Shown in pieces: positions 50,600 to 64,000 of a stretch of DNA of 64,000 nt (positions are counted from its first letter, which is position 1; each line of letters opens with the position of its first letter). A program made the translations under genes and the position numbers. This DNA comes from Stegostoma tigrinum. Taxonomy: Eukaryota. The notes below the pieces were generated by a model. That model worked only from the letters and a program-made list of their open reading frames with translations, was not told where the DNA came from and made no database searches. The stretch covers positions 9,958,035 through 10,022,034 of the forward strand of contig NC_081369.1 in NCBI RefSeq assembly GCF_030684315.1, written 5' to 3'.

Positions 50600-52300
50600 T
50601 CCTTCTGTGTAGTGTGGGGATCATATTGTTTGTCATTATGAGCAAACCAAACTACGACAAGAAAGTACAGATATCGCTTGCAAATACGACCACTTACTAA
50701 CGGGTGATAGTCAACACCACAGCTAATTAAAAGGATCACCCAGACACTGAAGCGATGAATGAATGCAGGGCAGATAACCATGACAGACTTAATGAAAATG
50801 AAACCAGAAGGCACAAATACTCCTGCTACTATTGGCCACCTAAAGCAAATAAACCTGAGATCGTTCTCAGTCCCATTATTTCCCTATCAGGCACGCCATC
50901 ACACAAATTGGCCAAAGACCTACAACAGAGATTGAAACACTTAGTAGATAGATCATCCCATTCTATCGGCTTAACCCAAGATTTCCTTGATACCCTCAAG
51001 AACATAAAAATCAGTGATGACCAAATTATGGCATCCTTTGATGTCACATTTTTAGTCACATCAATCAGCATCCCACTAGTCCAACAAAAACAATGGCCAC
51101 ATTTATAGAGGAGACAACAACAAACAAAAACTAGCAGCTCCATCAACAAACACAATACAATTAAATGGCTAGAACTTTTCCTCACTACACACTTGCTTCA
51201 AATGGTCAAATATACACAGGTCAACGGTTCCCCAATGGGATCACCCATCTAAGGACTCATCGCAGAAGCAGTCATGAAAAGACCAAAATGCCCCAACCTC
51301 AGGCGCATTCAACCTAAACTATGGATCCGGAATGTAGACAAAACATTTGTCATTATTAAACGTAACAAATAAGAATAGACCTACCAGCTCGTCAACAGCG
51401 TATTCACAGGGATTAAGTTCCCATTGGAAGAAGAATACAACAATCAAATTCCTTTTCGGGATGTTAAAGTAGAGTGATTGACAAACGGGGAGTTTCAAAC
51501 GGCAGTATGCAGAAAAGCAACACATACAGATCAAATCTTCAACTTCCACAGCAACCACCCTAACGTCGACATTCAAAGCTGCATTAAGACACTGTTTAAA
51601 TGGGCCAGGACACAATGTAACACTCCAGAACCACGCAGGAATTGGAAAGAACACTTACACAGGATATTCACTTTAAATGGATATCCCCAGAGCTTCATGC
51701 ACAAATACCTACAAAACAGCAACAACAGCACGACACAGTACAACTGAACACATTGGCCACAGTGCCCTACATCAAGAGCACCGGAAGTGACAACAAGTTT
51801 CCTAATATCGCTGGGAATCATGGTGGGCCACAAGCCCATAGCCACTCTATGATAAACATTTACAACGATTATAAACCACATTCCCACAACATGCAGAAAG
51901 AAAGTGGTTTGCAAAATGTAATGCAATGACTGCCATAAACAGTACATCAGACAAACAAGAGTGAAACTAGCCTTCAGAATACATGAACATCAGCTAGCAG
52001 CAAAATGGCATGATGAACTATCTTTAACATCGATACATAGAGGCAATGAAGGCCATCAATTTAACTGGGACAAAGTAACCGTGGTAGCCCAAGCAAAGAA
52101 TGGATATGTACAGGAATTCCGTGAGGCATGGTTCTCCATGCATACTTCAATCAACAGACATCTAGAATCGGATCCCATATAGAAAACCATACACATCAAA
52201 ACCGGAAATGGTACTTTTCATGAAAACAGGCTGCACAGTATCAATTCCAGGTGGAGTAGAATAACATCGCTTCGTCAGAAGCTCCACTAATGATGCCACC
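50600..52300 (+). mobile_element. Poseidon/Penelope-type PLE, decayed RT plus GIY-YIG
   Basis: Motifs PIISLSGTPSHKLAK, MASFDVT, GSPMGSP, FNFHSNHP and HQFNWDKVTVVAQAKN..EAWFS, with many stops and frameshifts. Confidence 0.88.
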
Positions 52301-53639
52301 TCATAATGATATCAGAACTTTTCACTATCTATCTCACTTCAATTATCATAGTTGTTTTCCACAGTGATTGTGATCTGTTTCACTACTGTATATGTCTCAC
52401 AATGATCTTGACATGCGTGAACCTAGTGATGATATGTTTTAAATTGATCGGAAATTCGTTGGCATTCCTTTCAGTCTGTGAAAATTGATATTGAAGTCTT
52501 TGTTGCTCTTCCTGGAATGCTTCAAAGTGCTGCTCCCTTGCATCACATTCCCCTTTGTTAGCCTAAAATTAATTCTGTTCAGCTTTGAACTTCGCAAGAT
52601 GTGATTGACAGTGATACTGATATACGTCACATTCTTCCTGACCTGATTCATACGATACATAAACTTTCTCATAGCGATGTCGGTGTTCTACTCTGATCTG
52701 CTTCATATCCGTTTTGCATCATAGATAGTGACTCTGAGCTATTTCACACTCCTCTCAGACTGGCTCAGAGTGACCTTGATCTGATTCACTCTGCCCCTGA
52801 GCCTATTGGCAGTCATCCTGATACTTTGCATGCTCTTCAACTGTTAGAAAACATTGATACAGTTAAGAACAGTTTCCTCCTTTACCGCCAAGGCACATAT
52901 GGACGGGGCTGCAGTCACCTGATCGAATCGGCTTTTCCTCAATTCAGAAACAGAAAGCATCAATAAATGATTTCTGATCTCAACCCAGTTCATTAGCTGT
53001 ATAATTTCTATAATCTGTCCTTGCCACACCCGCCCTTTTTCATTCTATTTTACGAGGTCCTTCTGAGTGCTTATCCAAATATTATAAAGATTAGCTACAT
53101 AGACTGCTGAGAAACAACTAAACCTTAATGAAACTGATATCAAAATACTCACTGTCGTGAAACTGTCACACAATTGTCCAATTTCCTGTTCAGGTAAAGT
53201 GAAAATTTCTTCCAACCAAAGAAAAATTTATTTGTGTATATCACATTGTCTATCTCGACATGTCCTTCTTCCCTGGCAAGTGTTTACCATTAATCAGGAA
53301 TGTCAGAACTCGTGTCATATTTGACTTCAAAATCAGGGCATAATACAAAAAGATGTAGGAGTATATGGTGTTCTGCTAATCTCTCAGCATGCTGCCCCAA
53401 TAGGGAAACATTCATCCGGCCTGGGCACGGAAATGATTGTCAGATTGATAACCCTTTCTCGATACTGTGGGTGGCGGTGAATGTCCATTCTCAGTTAGTG
53501 CAGCAATTTGTCTGGTTAATTTCAATAATGAATGAGATTCCCTCACACTAAATAGTTATGCGACCCCCAAGCAGTTTGCATCAAAATTCTTAGAGGTACA
53601 GAATCTTAGCAGTTTGTATATAATGTGAGAAAATGTGAG

Positions 53640-54260
53640 GTCACATGTAATGACCTTTTGAGAGAAGAAATCCCTCATCATCTCAGTTTGAAGTAGGTGA
53701 CTCCTTACTCTGAGTTTATGCCTTCTCCTGAGAGATTCCCATACCAGGGGGAATAACTTTTCTGCCTCAAACAGTCAAGTCCCTAAGAATCTTGTGTTGT
53801 TAGATAATGTCTCCTCTCATTCTTCTGAATGTCAATGAAAATAGGCCCAGCGTACTCAAACTCTCTCCTCATAAACAATTGGATAAGCTACTGAGCCTCC
53901 CTTGGGTTGCCTACAATGTCAATCTATCTTTGCTTTGATAAGGAGTCTAAAACTGCAGTGCTTTGTATAATTTTCGAAAAAGTTTCATGATTTTATGCTC
54001 CATTTCCTTTGCAACAAAGGCCATCATTGAGTTTGTATTTCCCCTAATCACCACTGAACGTAGATGCTCTGTTTTCATGTAAGACGAGTGCCAAACCCAT
54101 GAGTTATGTAGCTTTCTGCGGTGTTTATTTATTTATCTCCTCTTTTCTTTCTACCAAGTGGGTGAACTCACATTTTCTCACATTATATGCAAACCGCTAC
54201 GTTTTGCCCATAGCTTAATCTATCTCTATTTCTCTGCAGACCATCTATAGACCTCATCCC
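53640..54260 (-). mobile_element. Decayed CR1 3' end
   Basis: gagagaagaaatccctcatcatctcagt...ttctgaatgtcaatgaaaataggccc is typical of the CR1 tail in reverse orientation. Confidence 0.5.
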
Positions 54261-56457
54261 TTACCCTCCACCCCCTTATGTTTGTGACGTCTGCCAACCT
54301 GGCAACTGTACGTGCTCCTTTTTTACCTCATCCAAGCCATTAAATGCATTGCATGCATTCATCTCCAGCACTGGTCCTCCATAAGCTTTCAACTACAAAT
54401 TTATGTCGTCACCAGAGCAAAATGTTTCCAACTTACAACACTGACAGATTCTACTATTGCTTCAAGTGATTTACTGTCAAATCCCAGGTTGCATCTTTCT
54501 CACCTCTAGAAGTGACTACACCAGTGCTCTTATAGAATGCTTCTCACTTTTAATCTTCTGTAAATTTGATCTCATCCACCCTTTTGTTAAGTATGTCTGT
54601 GCCGTCACAAGAGTTCTGAATATTACCCTACTTCTGGCAAACATTATTGCCCAGTTTAAATAATGCCTCGAGTTTAAATTTCTCATTCACCTATTTTAAT
54701 TTATGCATTTCCTCGCCAGTGACTGTGCCTTTATTTTTCACTGCAGCTGATTGAAACTACTGTGTTAATTATAAAAGTTTGAAAAACTTGAGAGGAGTGG
54801 CTAGGAAAAGTTATTACAGCTCGTAGTGTTTACAGCTGCAATAAAGTGCATTGTTTTAATTAAAGCACGGTATGGTATTTTTTTCTTCTGAACTTTAATC
54901 CACTGAGATGGTTGAGCCATGCAATTCTGATGTTTCAAGTATCTCTAGTATTAGTTAGCCCCGTATTTGAAAGCTCTGTCCTTACTAGTAATCGTCTGAA
55001 GTTGTGAAATTCCTCACTTAAATGTTTCACATCCCCAGCTTTGCTAATATGTTTTCCATTCTCTCCTTATGTAGATGCATTAAGCTTAAATGTAATGAGA
55101 CTCAACAAACTCCGGCATTTTAAACACATCTTCAAACAAACGGTGAGAGTTGCAAGTATATTCTGTGTGCGATATTTTAATGTTCAACAGCAACAGCAGT
55201 TCCAAGGCACGACTGTTGATTGAGTTCTCAAATAACGTCCGCTGGTTGATGTGGTGACTGCACAGCATTCATGAAGGCAAAACTTAATCTTCATATTATC
55301 CTACTGTTTTGTTTCTATTGTCTTATGTGGTGATATAAATGCAATAGGTCCAGAATACGAACAACAGTTCAAAATTATATCTTTAAAGTGGCTGCCTGTT
55401 TTCAGCTGAAGGGTAACTGTATCCCAGCATAATCTGTGATTAAGTGTTCCATTATATCCTTCACTCTTTCATTGCCAAACAGCTGGTGGATTGACTCTAG
55501 CGGATTAAGGAAAGAAGGTCAATCAAGCTGTTTCTAAAACAGAGAAGCCAATGTTTATAAATTATAAACAAATCACATATATGCCAGAAAACTTAACCAA
55601 CATATTATGGACAGAGATTCATGACTCCACACTACGTCAAAATTTCTGTAGTACTGCTACATATGTCACTGTTGTTGCTCTTGTCAGTAATGGTGGAGAT
55701 GTTATTCACAGAACAAATCAACTGATTGCTATGAAAATAGGGCATGGTATATCTCCCAACGATATTGCACTATGGGGAATGGTTAAATATAAAGTAAGTT
55801 CAAAGTGGGTTATGTCGTGTAACTTCATTGTCCCTTCCAAAAAGTAAAATGCTCCAGTTTCAAGTCTGCCCTTCTACAGAGCCATAACCCAATATTCCTG
55901 AACAAGTTCATTTCCCTAGCACAAAGTGTTAGAGTTCCCTATGCTGATCCATGATATATAGGTTCAGGTCCCACTAGTCAGTGAGTTGTGAGGTAACATG
56001 CCTGAACAGGTTGCTTAATAGTAATTACTACTGAACATTCAGAACCCTTGAAGGATTCTTTGTTGGTGGGTCCTCTATGAAAGGTAGAATTTTATTTTTG
56101 TTGTTGTGGTCAAATGTTGGAGTGCAATCTCAGTGTGATTGTTCTTCATTAGATAATCTGCGCCAATGAGACTCAAAATAAATGGCGAGCACTTCAAATG
56201 GAACACATGAGAATATGTACCATGTTATGGTATGAGGGGGCCAGTGAGATGGAAATGCCACCATGCCAAGACGTGCAAGAGGAGTGACTCTTCTGCAGGA
56301 ACATGCCATCAACTCTAAAAGAAAACCTATGCTTATGATTTGGGAAATGTCTGGGTGGACTTTTTTTATGCACATGCTTTTCAATGCATTTCTTCGTCTG
56401 GAGATTTCGTCCACAATGTTTCATTCTGTGGGAAGCAGCGGGTAGTCCTTTATATTC

Positions 56458-56613
56458 AGAGATAATGGGAACTGCAGATGCTGGAGAATCCAAGAAAGCA
56501 AAGTGGGAAGCTGGATGAACACAGCAGAGGGTCTAGGCCCGAAACGTCAGCTTTTGTGCTCCTGAGATGCTACTTGGTCTGCTTTGTTCATCCAGCTTCA
56601 CACTTTGTTATCT
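56458..56613. mobile_element. Inverted-pair short PLE-terminal element
   Basis: gataatgggaactgcagatgctggag... is joined to an inverted copy with a half hammerhead (gggtctaggcccgaaacgtc). Flanks are tagtcctttatattc/tagcccattatattc. Confidence 0.8.
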
Positions 56614-58845
56614 TAGCCCATTATATTCGTTGTTTTTCAATTCTACTTGACTCTGAAGTGCCAGCTTGTGCAGAGAACAGCGTACCAATGTCATACGTGA
56701 GGCATTTATCAAGGTGTATTGTAGTGTTACCTTGGATCTGTGAATATTTTTTGACATTGCTGTTGTTATCAGACTGCCTTTGTTGCACATCACATCTGCA
56801 AACATTGTCTTTGTCATGTTAGGCAAAAAAAATCTAACTTCACAATTCAATGAAAGATGGTCAGAAAAAAAAACACTGAAATCTATCCAGAAGCCTGATG
56901 CCAGCAGTCCAGAGCATGCTATGACTGAAAATGGGAGAAATCTTAACATTTTTTTCGGCTGAATTAACACAAAATTATGAAGTGGAGCAGTGTTTGAAAA
57001 AAGCTCCTTTTTTTTATGTTCTAGCAAACGGAGTAAAGCAGGACGGGCCCAGCACTTGGAGTTTCAAAAGGAAACAACGAATTAAGTGTTATCTGCTTAA
57101 TTGCATAAGGAGAGCTTGTGGAAATCGTGTTTTGAATTGAAGAGTATAAAGAGATAAGGAAATATGGTACATATAGTTCGGCAGACTATAATTACTGGTG
57201 GAAAACTGGGATTGAGCTTGGGCCGAGCAATTTACAGTTGAAGACTTTGTTGTAATATACCTATGGTCAGTAATGATAAAACGCAAAATGGCAAAGAAAG
57301 CCTTCAGGACGAAAGGAGGTAAATGATGAAACAACTGAAGATGATTCGAATTCGGAAGGTGTCGTGTGGAACCGTTAGAGTAATCCTTGCCAGAGTCAAC
57401 CCAATGCTGCCTAGATGGCAAAGGCAGTCATTTCCAGGTTACATCTGATAATCAGAACATTTTCTCATAAATGGTTAGAATTTTTTCATGAGGTCAGGAC
57501 CTGAGGTTTCTATGCCGAATCAAAACAGAACATCAGTGAGCAGGTTAGTGCTGCTGAACTGTCTATTTACAGAGATTACATTAAATTGCTGATTAATACG
57601 AGGAGAATAATGGAGCATCAGTTTGCCTCTTTACCATTAGCGTGAAACTGAACTGGACTAGCCATGTAAAGACTGTGGCTACAGTGGCGTGTCAAAGGCT
57701 AGGAATCCTGTAGCAAATAATTGATCTTCTGATTTCCCAAACCTTGTCGATCATCTGCAAGAATGTGATAAATCCGAAGTTGCCTGGCTGAGTGCAATTC
57801 CAATAATACTGAAGATGTTTCACAGCATCAAGCACAAAGAAGTCCAACTGACTGGCAACACTCTCAAAAATATTCAACTACTGAAACAGTATAACTGTTA
57901 GTTCACAGTTCAACTCCCAACAAATTTTTTTTTTTTGAGTATTTGATTGATACTTTAGGAGACAGAATGGGGTGGTCACTGAGGAAATATTTCATAAGTT
58001 AGAATGTAATATTTTGCCTAACTTGGTAGTGACTTTGTGGGCATGCAGTGGATCTGCGGTCTAGTTTGGTTTAGGACCAACGCTGATCAGCCCAGATCCT
58101 GCTCTTCTACACTGTTGGATTTTATCTTTTTCATAGCAGGCTCTACTCAATTCAAACGTTGCGCATGCACCTTTTTTTTTGCACTGAAAGCCTATGCTTA
58201 TTCAATCTTTCCAAACCACAGTGTACAGTTTGATCAATGACAATGATTGACCTAAACAAGGCGTCTTTCTATTAGGTCAAACGGTGACTACTTGCTGTGT
58301 GGTTAGTTCTTAAGAGTTAAGGACATTTAGTGATGGTATGCCCCATTTTCTCGGATTGGTTCATTTAGGTGTCGGTTGTCTAAGATAAGTGGGTATTTTG
58401 TATTTCCCTTGATGAATTGTTAAAATGTGTCTTTCTATGTGGCACATCATTGTTGCTGATAGCCTAAGATGAGAACTACTTTTTTCTTAGGGTTTGCAGA
58501 CTTGTTATGAGACTCACTTTAAATTAACACGTGGCCAGGGACGTTTTTGAAGAGACCGTTCCTCGCGTGATGTTTCCTCCCGATGATTGCGGCTGCCTAT
58601 ACCAGGTTTCTTCAGTTTTAAGGAAGGAAGTTGCGAAAAATGTTGAAAAAGAACGATGCAGGTAAGCTAAAAGATCATAGACCACTAATTTGAACGATTG
58701 CAAAATTATTAATACTTTAATTATACGTTATTTAATGCTTATAATAAATTAATAATAACCACTGTATAAATAGTTACATAATGAAACACCCCTGTATATG
58801 CAGTCAATCCTACTGTGGAGTGGAAATGTCGACAGGACTATACAG

Positions 58846-58929
58846 CTTCTCTTTCTCTCTCTCTATCTATCTATCTCTCTCCCCCTCTCTCACTCTCTCG
58901 CTCGTTCTCTCTCTCTCACACACACACAG
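58846..58929. repeat. Compound (CT)n/(CTAT)n/(CA)n microsatellite
   Basis: Directly visible in the sequence. Confidence 0.85.
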
Positions 58930-61913
58930 AACGTTACGAAGTTAACTGTGATATGATTAACACATTTTGGCCAAATACAATTATTTCCTCAAACTACCAC
59001 AAACCAAAACAGAGTTGACGAAGAACATAGCTGCTTAATGCTATCCTCTTCACTTTCCACAATACCTTAACAATTCATAACCTCCTTATTGATAGCATCA
59101 TGCTTCTTGCCAACGATTTAACAAGCTAAGATGTGAACGTGTTTAACGTCGAAGGGAAAAGTTCCTGTAATGTGGCTGCCTAAAATTCCATAGTGCACTT
59201 ATTTTGTTTCAAGTAAGATTGACCAGAGTCACGTGATGTTGAAGTTAACGTCAACAGAAGCAGAACAATATTTCGCGTGACGATATGTGGACTTAACTAG
59301 TCATGAAACATCCGTCTCCCTACCCTCCAAATGCACGATCACGACCACCTAGAATGACAAGCATAGTAGATATATTGAAAAGCTGTGAGCTGCAACTTCT
59401 CCTCCTGACGTGAGAATATATCGCGTTTTCTATGTGGTCACGAGGTGAAGATGCTGGAACTCCCACCCTCCCAGCATAATGGTTATGCCTGCACTAACAT
59501 GACTGCAGCAACTCAAGATAACAGTTCATTGAAATTTCACTTGAGCTCAAAGATTCAGAATAAATTCTTTCTGTACGAAGCCCACATATGCTTAACTTAA
59601 ACAAACGAAGAAAGATGATGCGAAAATATTTTGTAAAAGTTAAAGCATTCCAAACTCAATGCCATACAAAATGATTTCAAAGTCATTGTGCGAGGTTGCA
59701 AGGTTCAGTCAGCAGATGGGTCTATGATTTCGCTTGATGTTCCGCTTTTGAAACTTCGTTCGCATTCGTCAAATGTCTATCTCCTTCCTATATTTAAACA
59801 GCTCGCGAAATCCATCCAACAGGAAAACAAAAAACAACGTTCAGGTAACGGTCAAATTACTCTAAAGGAACAATATTCAGGATCGAAAGACCATTTTTGT
59901 GAATGTAGCTGATTTTAGACATATTTTACGTCACTGTAATGAATTAAGCTGGAGCATTTGTGATTGGTTCCTTTTTTCTTGCTTTGAGTCCTGTACCAGG
60001 ACTTGGTATCTACAGAAAGCAGTATCAAATGTAAATACTTCCTATCTGCTCATTGTAGGATGTAAGAGCTGCAAAGTCCCCTCGTCAATCATGCTTGATG
60101 TGGAGAGGCATCCCACAATTAACAGCGATGATTATGTTCCACGTGCTTCGTCGTCTTCATACACCATTCAGCACAGTATGAATGGAGAATGGTTTTAAAT
60201 TGATAGAAAACTGGTATCTTAGACACTCTTAAAATGAGATTAATGATGAATCCTTCATTATACATTTTCACAGGAATAAATTAACTCAGGCTCACTGTTG
60301 AGTTTGCCTTCTTGTCAATACGTTAACATGATATTTTCTGAAAGAAGAATAGTACTATGTGTTTGAGTAAGATATGGCACTGGATGCAGTGCAAATCTAC
60401 AAATAGCAATATGAGAATTTGAAATCTGCTCAAAAATATAAAAAGGCATAAAACAAGAATCATGATTGCTTAGTCAGATAACTCATTTCGTGAACATGAC
60501 ATGAAAATATTTGCTCACCGTTAACCTGACACTGAAGCTATTGAAACTCTTATAACAAAAGATTACTACCATCGCCGAAGCTACTCACGAATAAATATAA
60601 AATAAAATAACGGTTCACTTACCATCCGGACTAAATGTGACCCCAGCACTCACTTAAAATGGTTGACTGTAGCATATGTTCTGAAGAATGGTGATGCATT
60701 CAGTTGTCAATAAACTTCAAGGAAACGAGCTGGGAAAGCCACGCCCTGGTGGCAAATCGATCGGCTCAAAAACCGCCAGCAAACTAAGGATAAAATCTTT
60801 ACTGAAAATGTTCAATTTACAACTCTTCATTTGTACGTACATGAACCTAGCCTGCAATGCTTTTTTTTGTCCGAAAAAAATGACGTAACTTTGCCACACT
60901 GGCGAAAAGGTTGAGTTGCTATAGCCTGAACAGACCACTGGCCTGCTTTCTCCGAAGAGATCGTGGACTGACGGTGGTTTCAACCTGACGATTACCATGA
61001 CTTAGGCGATGGGAGAACTTGATAAGGCAAGCCCTACTTACTGTTTTATACGTGCAGCTGTGTTTCAGTTACGTACTTCAGATACAAATTAAACTTCGTG
61101 AATTTTCATTCTGTCCTCTTAACTCAAACAAATTGCCATCATATCTGCTATCACTGACACGGGCCCTGCTCTGATTAAAATTTCATTCAGCTCAGATGGA
61201 CGTAGTTAATCGCAAGACTTCAGAATAATGTCAAAATTCTAATATGGTTCAATTAACTCGCTTCAATGTAAAATTGAAAAAATAACATGTCGCATGTTGG
61301 AGTCGACAATGAATGTCTCTATTCTGTTGAAAGCTATTTCTTTGCTGCAATCAACTAAATAGAGGCCATTTTTGTTAGCATTCCTTAGCAGTTTCATCTG
61401 CAGATTTCAGCAAACTTGCTTGTTTTGCATAATGACTATAGCAGTGAATTTCTTCAGTAATCGAGTCCAATTCAGAATACAATTGCTATCCTACGATTTC
61501 TGAAATGAATTGTGCGTGAACACTGGTCAACGCCAAGGTCACACAAAGCGCGGAGTACGTCGGGCCAAATATCCCTTTGATCGCTGCCTATTCCTGCTAC
61601 TGGAGTTGATACTTGCACAATTGAGAAAATGTTCAGTGTTCTGTGGCAACAGAGAAGATTACTGCAACAAAATTCCACATGAACTGAAACAAAGAATTGC
61701 ATTTCAGACAAAAAATAAAAACTTCTCAGAGAGCAACAGGAGGGAATTGCCTATTTTCAGAATGCTCGGGATAGCAGGATAGAATGTATAACGCTCATTA
61801 TGTGATATCTCATGTCCTGGTTACACATTTCCCATACGTATCGAAGAAATTCATTTCTTAAACCAACCATTTAGAGCACGATACTCGATTCAACCAAGTT
61901 GATAGTTAGCTTT

Positions 61914-61983
61914 ATGCAACGTTACAACACACTGTTGTGAACTACAGTTCAGCACAAGTTTCTTCTGACTATAGTGTTATCAG
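61914..61983 (+). pseudogene. Possible degenerate leader exon for the 62-kb V pseudo-exon
   Basis: ATG..HKFLLTIVLS G|gtagca, phase 1, with an in-frame TGA. The intron would be 219 nt, similar to the 200-nt L-V intron at 15 kb. Confidence 0.35.
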
Positions 61984-62202
61984 GTAGCATTCAATCTTAA
62001 TTGAGACTCATCAGAAAAATTTAAATTGCTATTTGTTTCATATGAAAATAATTTGTAATTCACAGCAGGCTTGTATATTCTCCAGTTACATGTGCAAGAT
62101 TCTTAATTGTCTTTTTTGGTATTTTATTATTCCTTGCTGTACATTGATTTTTTTTCTGACGTATGCAACTTTTCTCACAGTTCTGCTTTTATTTTCTCAT
62201 AG

Positions 62203-62507
62203 CCACTGAAGTAACTTCAAACGAAGTAGATCAGTTTTCCAAACTCTTGAAGACCACTGGTGGTAATAATGTTTCCATGTTTTTCACATTTCCCATATTT
62301 GAAGATGCTCCTGAAGTATTTTGGTGGAATGCAGTGCAGAATTGTTTCTGGAACTCGACAGCAGATATCTGTTTGATGGACAGAAAGCAAGGAGATCACT
62401 TCATGTTCTCAATATCACTGTTGCAGACTCCGGAATATATTATTGTAATACAAAGCTTCAGTAAACTAATAACGGAGCTAGGAGTGGATTGCTGTTGAAT
62501 GTGTGTG
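62203..62507 (+). pseudogene. Degenerate VJ-type V exon, second paralog
   Basis: Acceptor ctcatag|. VDQFSK..GNNVSMFFTFP..VFWW has the B-strand Cys replaced by Phe. After a frameshift it continues ..DSRYLF..SLHVLNITVADSGIYYC..*..LLLNV. The donor is mutated (G|ttaagt). Confidence 0.78.
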
Positions 62508-64000
62508 TTAAGTTTCATGGTACTGGGGATAGGAACATTTCCAGTGTGTGAAACAAATAAAATTTGAGCATTATAACGAGAACAAAACCTCTTCGTAGCG
62601 AATTGACTAAACACTGGCCGGGTTTAAATCGATTTGATGTGCAAGATCCATTGATTCTCTCCTCGTTTGAGACAATTGCAATCATTATTGAGACAAGATA
62701 GTCAAACATGGCCACCAGTTAAAACCCAGACTGAGATTAAGTAACGGGAGAAGATGAACAACTTCCTCGATAATCATAACATTCGAACAGTAATAGCATC
62801 TTCGAGATAATGAATTCTATGAAAGTTTAACTGAATTCATTTCACCACAAATAAGTGACTTATTGCGAACTCAGGATCGAAATCTCCTGCTACAGCCTTG
62901 GAGACTTCATCAAACAGCTTGCATTTCAATCCACTGTTTTGAGTTGCCAATCCACAATTCTTCTTTTCGCGAAGTTGACTACAACTTCAATCACGTTAAG
63001 TTTTTTTTTATCATTCACATTACGACAGTAGAATTATGTCAAACAAGTAGAACTGAGCATAGATCAACTATGATTTAAATGATTGTCAGGGCACGTTCGA
63101 AGGGGCGAATGGACTATTCTGGCTCCCAGTTTTGAGCATTATACAGTACAGGTGTATCCATTGATTAAATGTTTGCGATAACAAACTAAAGAAATCCTAC
63201 CGACTTTATGCAATCCTGCAAACCACCCAGGGGACAGGTGTTGATATTGATGTCAATGCTGGTTTGCAAACATCGTCCTGAACATGCAATATTTTGGTTA
63301 TGAACATTGCTCGTTTCTGTGAATTTCTGCCGTCGATCAGTTGGGTTATGTTTTTTCATATACTCATAAATGTATTGTCCTTTGCAAATAAGCTCTCACG
63401 CTGCATTTCTCTGAATGCATTGTTTTGGGAATTATAATTCATAATATTCACTCGTAGTCCCAAACCTCATACAAACGATACAAGTCACTTCAGTATATTA
63501 TGCTCATTCGTGGACAATCAATTGCATAACATGAGAAAGCTAAAACAGATCAATGGTTAAGAAATATAATAATTAACTGAGGGATCAATCCAACCCAAGA
63601 GTTTCAATGCAGATTGAACCAGCACAGTACTTACACGAAAATTTAAATTGTTTAATTGCTGAATAACATGGCGGGCAGGTCAGAAAGGCTGAAGGAACAC
63701 GGGGGTGGTTAAAACGTTGAAAACAAAGAAAACATGCAATATAAGTTTTAATTTACAATTCAATATGCCTTCTATTTATGAATGCATCCAATTATACAAC
63801 AGCCAGAGACATGTCTTGGATAACTGCAAATTGTCTCAAGTTTTGCGGAGTGATTATCTCTTCTAGGCGGACTGATATTTTCCCCCAACACTCTTTGCTT
63901 CAATTGCTGTCTGAACACTCGCAGCCAGATTCACCCTTAAATCCTTCTCACTTTAACAAAGGCCACTACCCGAGCGACTGGCCAATCGCCAGATGCTGGA

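Noticed and set aside
60623-60675. Minus-strand leader-like exon with ATG and G|gtaagt donor
   Set aside because: It has an in-frame TAG, the wrong phase and weak hydrophobicity, and no V exon was found downstream.

Overview
AT-rich eukaryotic genomic DNA, most likely from a cartilaginous fish (shark). This is inferred from HE1-type SINEs, CR1 LINEs and abundant Penelope-like elements. About half of the window is decayed retroelements: CR1 and L2 LINEs, two clades of Penelope-like elements (PLEs), a Gmr1-like Gypsy element and SINEs. The main host feature is an apparently intact 7-exon minus-strand immunoglobulin-superfamily receptor gene (47532 to 36700, 319 aa). It encodes a leader, a germline-joined VJ-type V domain, an antigen-receptor/MHC-type C1 domain, an uncharged TM segment and a cytoplasmic tail with tandem ITIM-like motifs. 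Its V domain is unusually short (58 residues between the canonical cysteines) and has an extra CDR1/CDR3 cysteine pair, which resembles type II VNAR. Two pseudogenised paralogous leader+V units lie on the plus strand (about 15 kb and 62 kb), so this looks like a birth-and-death cluster of non-rearranging VJ(-C1) receptors. A second theme is a set of short PLE-derived insertions of about 100-240 bp, several flanked by target-site duplications, that carry minimal hammerhead ribozymes. Some of these form near-perfect palindromes. All gene models were built by eye from splice sites and reading frames, and no database searches were run.
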